This document shows positions 59,710 to 64,000 of a DNA stretch of 64,000 nt, one piece after another. The translations under genes were made by a program, and so were the position numbers. Origin of the DNA: a virus. The notes under the pieces are model-generated. The model was not told the DNA's origin. It saw nothing but the letters and a program-made list of their open reading frames with translations, and ran no database searches. The DNA lies in the IMG/VR virus record IMGVR_UViG_3300021963_000106, positions 4,968 to 68,967 of that record. One strand, 5' to 3'. The number at the start of each line of letters is the position of its first letter. Positions within the stretch are counted from its first letter, which is position 1.

Positions 59710-60291
59710 TTATTTCCTCCTATTATATGGTTTTAATTCCAATCTTCCAGGTTTCCATTCATCACCAGGACATTTTACACTTCTTTTACTTGTTTGTCCA
59801 TTATTCCACCACTTTGTATTTTTATGTGATGGTGGTAGGTGTCCAATTTCTTTTAATGCTTTACTTATGTTTTTCTTATTTTCTTCACTCAGTGGTTTAT
59901 TTTTATGTGTATCACTTAATAATTTTCTTTGTTCAAGAGAGCGTTTTTTACCTAAATTAGATTTTCTAATTTTTTCTTTAGTCTCTTCACTATGAGTCCA
60001 TCCCAATTTACCATCTCCACCTAATGTACTATTATATCCATACTCAAAAGTGTTGAACTCTTTTATGTAAGAAATTTCTTTTTGAGATAGAGATTCAATC
60101 TCACATTCTTCAATTATACCATAAATGAAATTTTCCCATCCATACTTTCTTACTGCATTGTAAAATTTTCTCTTACAACCCTTGTTGGACATATAGCGAT
60201 GATATTCTTTTCTTCTTCTTTCGTATTTTGTTTGCCCAATGTACTTCTTACCTGTAGGAATACAATGGTAGCAATAAATTACTCCTTTCAT
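59710..60291 (-). CDS. Free-standing GIY-YIG (Seg-like) homing endonuclease with NUMOD3 repeats (C)
   Basis: GVIYCY...KKYIGQT, GYNSTLGGDG, HSEETKEKIR repeats. Confidence 0.88.
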   Translation of the reverse strand: MKGVIYCYHCIPTGKKYIGQTKYERRRKEYHRYMSNKGCKRKFYNAVRKYGWENFIYGIIEECEIESLSQKEISYIKEFNTFEYGYNSTLGGDGKLGWTHSEETKEKIRKSNLGKKRSLEQRKLLSDTHKNKPLSEENKKNISKALKEIGHLPPSHKNTKWWNNGQTSKRSVKCPGDEWKPGRLELKPYNRRK

Positions 60292-60396
60292 TTCTGCTCT
60301 TAAGTTGGTGGTTAAGACTATTTATACAGGAAAAGCACCCAAAGGTGCTTTATCCTAACCTGAAAAGAACCACCAACTCAGGCACTTATTATTTAT
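60292..60396 (-). ncRNA. Structured leader/candidate antisense sRNA unit of endonuclease C
   Basis: 11-nt perfect inverted repeat 60303-60313/60368-60378, two hairpins, two late-promoter motifs. Confidence 0.6.
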
Positions 60397-62097
60397 TCCA
60401 ACTTTCAAGAGTCAGAATATCTATGCGTGCATCAACTGCGTCAATAGAATTAGAGAGTTCATAGAAACAATTACTATTCTCTACATTCTCTGCTTCAAGT
60501 GCTTCAATACGTTCTTGCAATTCAATCAATTTGGAGTAAACATCATCTTCAACATCAAATTTCTCTGTAGATGCAAAAAACCATTCAATAAACTTTCTAA
60601 TCATTATCAAGTAGTCCAACTGATTTCAAATAACGTCTATATGACATAAAACGTCCCAAAGATGGTTGCCCTGGGACATTTAATTGATGGCAGATTTCAC
60701 AATAACTCAACCACTCATACCAAGGAGTAGTTTTATCAAGAACATGATAGGGATATTCTACAGTAGTTCTTTCCAAAATTGTTCTCCTTTTTGCAATGCT
60801 AATACCACAGTTGTATGTTCCCTTGCGTGTCTATCAAGATCTTTCTCTTGAAAGTAAATGTTAGACCTTTCCACAGCACATCGAAAGATATTTGACCAAA
60901 ACTGTTGATTAGGATTCAATCGTACTTTCATTTTTATTAAATCCAAACTTAATCTTCTCTTCTTCTGCACGAAGTTTGTGTGCAAGATTACAGACCGTTT
61001 CCATTACCTTGAGCGTGTCTTCTATTGTGGCATTTGTAGGCATACGACTATTAACAATGCGAAACAAAGGAAAGAATTGTTCTGCTGCTTGCTGTACTTC
61101 TTCGGGCGTCAGTGGTTTATTGTTCATTTTTCAAATCAGGGTGCGGAGCATAAAGAGGACCAGGATAATTACCAGCAAAGTTTGTAAGTTCATTAACTGC
61201 TTTTACAGTTTCTGCGGTCTCTTCCCATTCCCAGGAATTGCCATTCTTATCAACAAATGTACGTGTTGTCATAGTTTTCCTCCAACTACTGAATCATAGG
61301 TCTTTGTTTCTACTTTGTCAAATTCACCCTCTTGTTTTGCTTTCAAATACCAACGAGTAGCAGTCACACATTGATGCTCATTTAATGAAGTAATGATACC
61401 TGACCCGTCAGGATAATGGGACTGCCATAGTCCATACTTTTTTTGCTCCACATAGAAAGCATCGTCGTCATAAAATTGTTTATTCATAATGACTTAGTTG
61501 CCTCTGTAGTTCTACTTGTGTTGAAATCAGTTTACTGTATAAAAACTCTTGGTATTCATTACCTTCCAACAGTTTTGTAAGGTTATCAATCTGCATTAGA
61601 GCAAGAATAGTTTTAGTTTTATCATCCATTGTCTTTCAGATTTTGAAGATGTTCCATAATGGCCTTGGTGAAGTCGTCTTCAGTCCAGGTGTTGAAAATA
61701 CTTTCAGTAGGAGAAGTCTCATCCCAGGAGATAGTGAACGATCCGTCTTCATTTTCAGTTACCTGTATCATTTTTTAGACTTTGTAGTGCGAGTAGTGTT
61801 TCTAGTGGAATCCACGCGGGTGGTTCTTCTTTTACTTGTACCAGAACTTCCTTTACTTTTTGGTTTAGGCTTCTGCTCCACACTTCCCGTGTTCCTTTTA
61901 CATTTGACAGGGGGTTCATCACGATAATCAATTTTAAGAGTTCTCTTATCCAGTTTATACCTTTCTAGGTATTTGTCAAGGTGTTCCTGACACTCAAACC
62001 AACAGACTGTAGAGTTTTTCTTTTCACCAAACTCTAACCTAAACGAAAACTTTTCATAAGGAAACAGTTCGGTACTAATCACTCTGATGACCTCCAT
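60389..62097 (-). CDS. Run of small hypothetical ORFs (60389-~60604, 60758-~60931, 60909-61127, 61269-61487, 61768-62097 and several <60 aa)
   Basis: Densely packed minus-strand ORFs. Confidence 0.65.
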
Positions 62098-62540
62098 TCT
62101 TTACGCATTTGTTGATATACAGGATCATATGCTGCCTTATCTCTTACTTCTTTGAATACCTGTGCTGATTGTGCTTTTTCGTTTGTTTCCCAATCTACTT
62201 CTTGAGGACGTACCTTTCCAGACGAATTGTATTTTCGTCCACTCTTATGATTCGCATACCGTCTGGCGCGAGTGAATCCCATCTCAAGGAATTTCCTTGC
62301 CATATCCATTCCAATGAAATCCTTCTGTCGTTTATAATCTTGATACATTTCGTATATCTTAGCAGAAGATTTACGAGCAGTAACCACATCCTTAAACCTC
62401 CAATGAGCACAAATATCATCAGTATATGGTCTCACAAGGAGCACTCCCTGTTCCCCTCTTCCAATACGATAAAGTTTCCTGATATTTATGTCTGTGAAAT
62501 CTAAGTTTTTATAATCTAAAGAGTAATCAAACTCTTTCAT
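62079..62540 (-). CDS. DUF4385-like protein
   Basis: YRIGRGEQGVLLVRPY, GMDMARKFLEMGFTRARRYANH. Confidence 0.8.
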   Translation of the reverse strand: MKEFDYSLDYKNLDFTDINIRKLYRIGRGEQGVLLVRPYTDDICAHWRFKDVVTARKSSAKIYEMYQDYKRQKDFIGMDMARKFLEMGFTRARRYANHKSGRKYNSSGKVRPQEVDWETNEKAQSAQVFKEVRDKAAYDPVYQQMRKEWRSSE

Positions 62541-63803
62541 TGTCCAGTCACAAACTCATAGTCCATAAGTCTACCATACTTGAAGTGGATTTTGCAACGA
62601 GGCCAATCTTCCCACTGTCCATCCCAAGTTGAAGGATAAACTTCAACATATTTGGTAATAATACAGGGACTAATTTTTCCGCGATTACCATTAGGAATCC
62701 ACCTAAAGTTACACCACAAACGTACAGTATCATATCCTTCATCACCCTCTTTGAGTTCTACAAAGTCTGCAGTGTGGGAGAAATCAATGTGATACAAATA
62801 TCCGTGAGGGTCTAACCAATAGTGAGACATCGTGCCTCCTATTCCGTCTTCAATATCTTTGGTATGCAATTCTACATTTGTGAATTGTTCTCCAAGGTCA
62901 TAGGAAGACCTCAAATAGTCAAACATCCCCATCAGTCTAACTCCAATTCTTTTAAAACCTCATCAAGTCTATAAGTTTTAACCTGACGTTCTTCTACTTC
63001 TTTAGCAAGTTTTCGTATGTGTTCAAGAAAACCTTTATCTAAGGTATCATCATAACAAAGTGACTCCCAGAACCATTCATAACACTCTTCATATGGATCA
63101 TCATACCACATAAGAGCATAATCCTTATAGTTTCCATTCACCAAGTCACGCCAGATACGGAAGTTACCTCCAACCGTTTGAAACCAAGAAGGAATAAGAT
63201 ATGTGAAAATGTATTCTACCCAAGTCATTAGAGATAATGCGGTTTTTCTGTATCAAAAACGTACCACTTTGCGTCTTTCATATCAAGACACATACGCACA
63301 GTTTCGTGCTCTCTGTGTTCTCTATCAGTTCCTCTATATAGACTCCTGCGTTGATATGCACAGCACCAAACATGATAATAAATTTTAGATTTCTCGTTCA
63401 TTTGCAGTGCAGAAAGAAATAATATCTACCAGAATATTCAGGAAGATATTGTACTACATCACATCCTTGATAAGTATCAATCACTTCAAACCTTGTCTCT
63501 GGTGGTGTTGGTCGTGATTCTATGTGACTCATACCAACATTTAAACCAAACATAACTATTGAAATGCCAATAACAAAAATAAAAATACCTTTAGTCATTT
63601 TCTTCATCCCAAGGTGCTTTACGACTCATTAATTTCGCAAGATTTTCATTATATTCTGGTGGTTTGTTGATTGCTTCTACCAGTTTATCGTATGCTTCTT
63701 TACTTACATACATCTTTGTGGGTTTTATACCCAGATGTTTGAGACATTTTCTTTCATATCTCCACTCTTGAAACTTATACCATAATGACAGTAGAAAGTT
63801 CAT
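62537..63803 (-). CDS. Hypothetical ORFs (62537-62932 MGMFDY family, 62932-63228, 63398-~63598, 63591-63803)
   Basis: Coupled ORFs downstream of the promoter at 63826-63854. Confidence 0.65.
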
Positions 63804-63825
63804 TTTTGTTTTTATCTATGAAAGT

Positions 63826-63854
63826 ATCATAACACAGGCAGAACACATAATCAA
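63826..63854 (-). promoter_or_regulatory. Sigma70-type promoter
   Basis: TTGATT-17-TATGAT with extended TG. Confidence 0.65.
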
Positions 63855-64000
63855 GTGATATGTTCCAGTATGCAAACCGTCCACCCCACTACATTAGGAA
63901 CTCTATCTTTTCTTTTTGGAGTGTGTGATTTTTGTTTTCCATAACAAACTCTCTGCATCGCAGCAGTATCAAGTCCATTCATTTTACAGAAATAATTGAG

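Noticed and set aside
1-64000. tRNA or rRNA genes
   Set aside because: No cloverleaf/T-loop signature or rRNA-like stretch recognised by eye; a tRNAscan run would be decisive

Overview
A 64-kb segment of a T4-like myovirus, most likely a cyanophage judging by gene order, protein sizes and an NblA-like ORF. Essentially all real genes are on the minus strand. Positions 1-42 kb hold the late virion module (read in transcription order): gp25, gp6, a giant gp7, gp8, a DUF4815/VrlC-like virion protein split into two genes around a split S74 chaperone domain, gp13-16, gp17 terminase, gp18 sheath, gp19 tube, gp20 portal and a partial gp21, with T4-type late promoters (ATAAATA). Positions 42.3-64 kb are a hyperplastic region of small ORFs. 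Three structures stand out. (1) Three free-standing GIY-YIG/NUMOD3 endonuclease genes each carry the same ~100-nt upstream architecture: late promoter, a hairpin whose loop is antisense to the nuclease mRNA leader, a stem followed by a U-rich tract, a second late promoter, the target, then ATG. This suggests a paired small-RNA/nuclease control unit. (2) Thirteen copies of a 32-bp element (TGGGCCC-N7-TGTCY-N3-TART) head small gene cassettes. It does not fit sigma70 geometry, can abut the start codon, and has mosaic flanks. (3) An intramolecular-chaperone (S74) domain is divided between two polypeptides. All protein family calls are from motif recognition by eye, not database searches.
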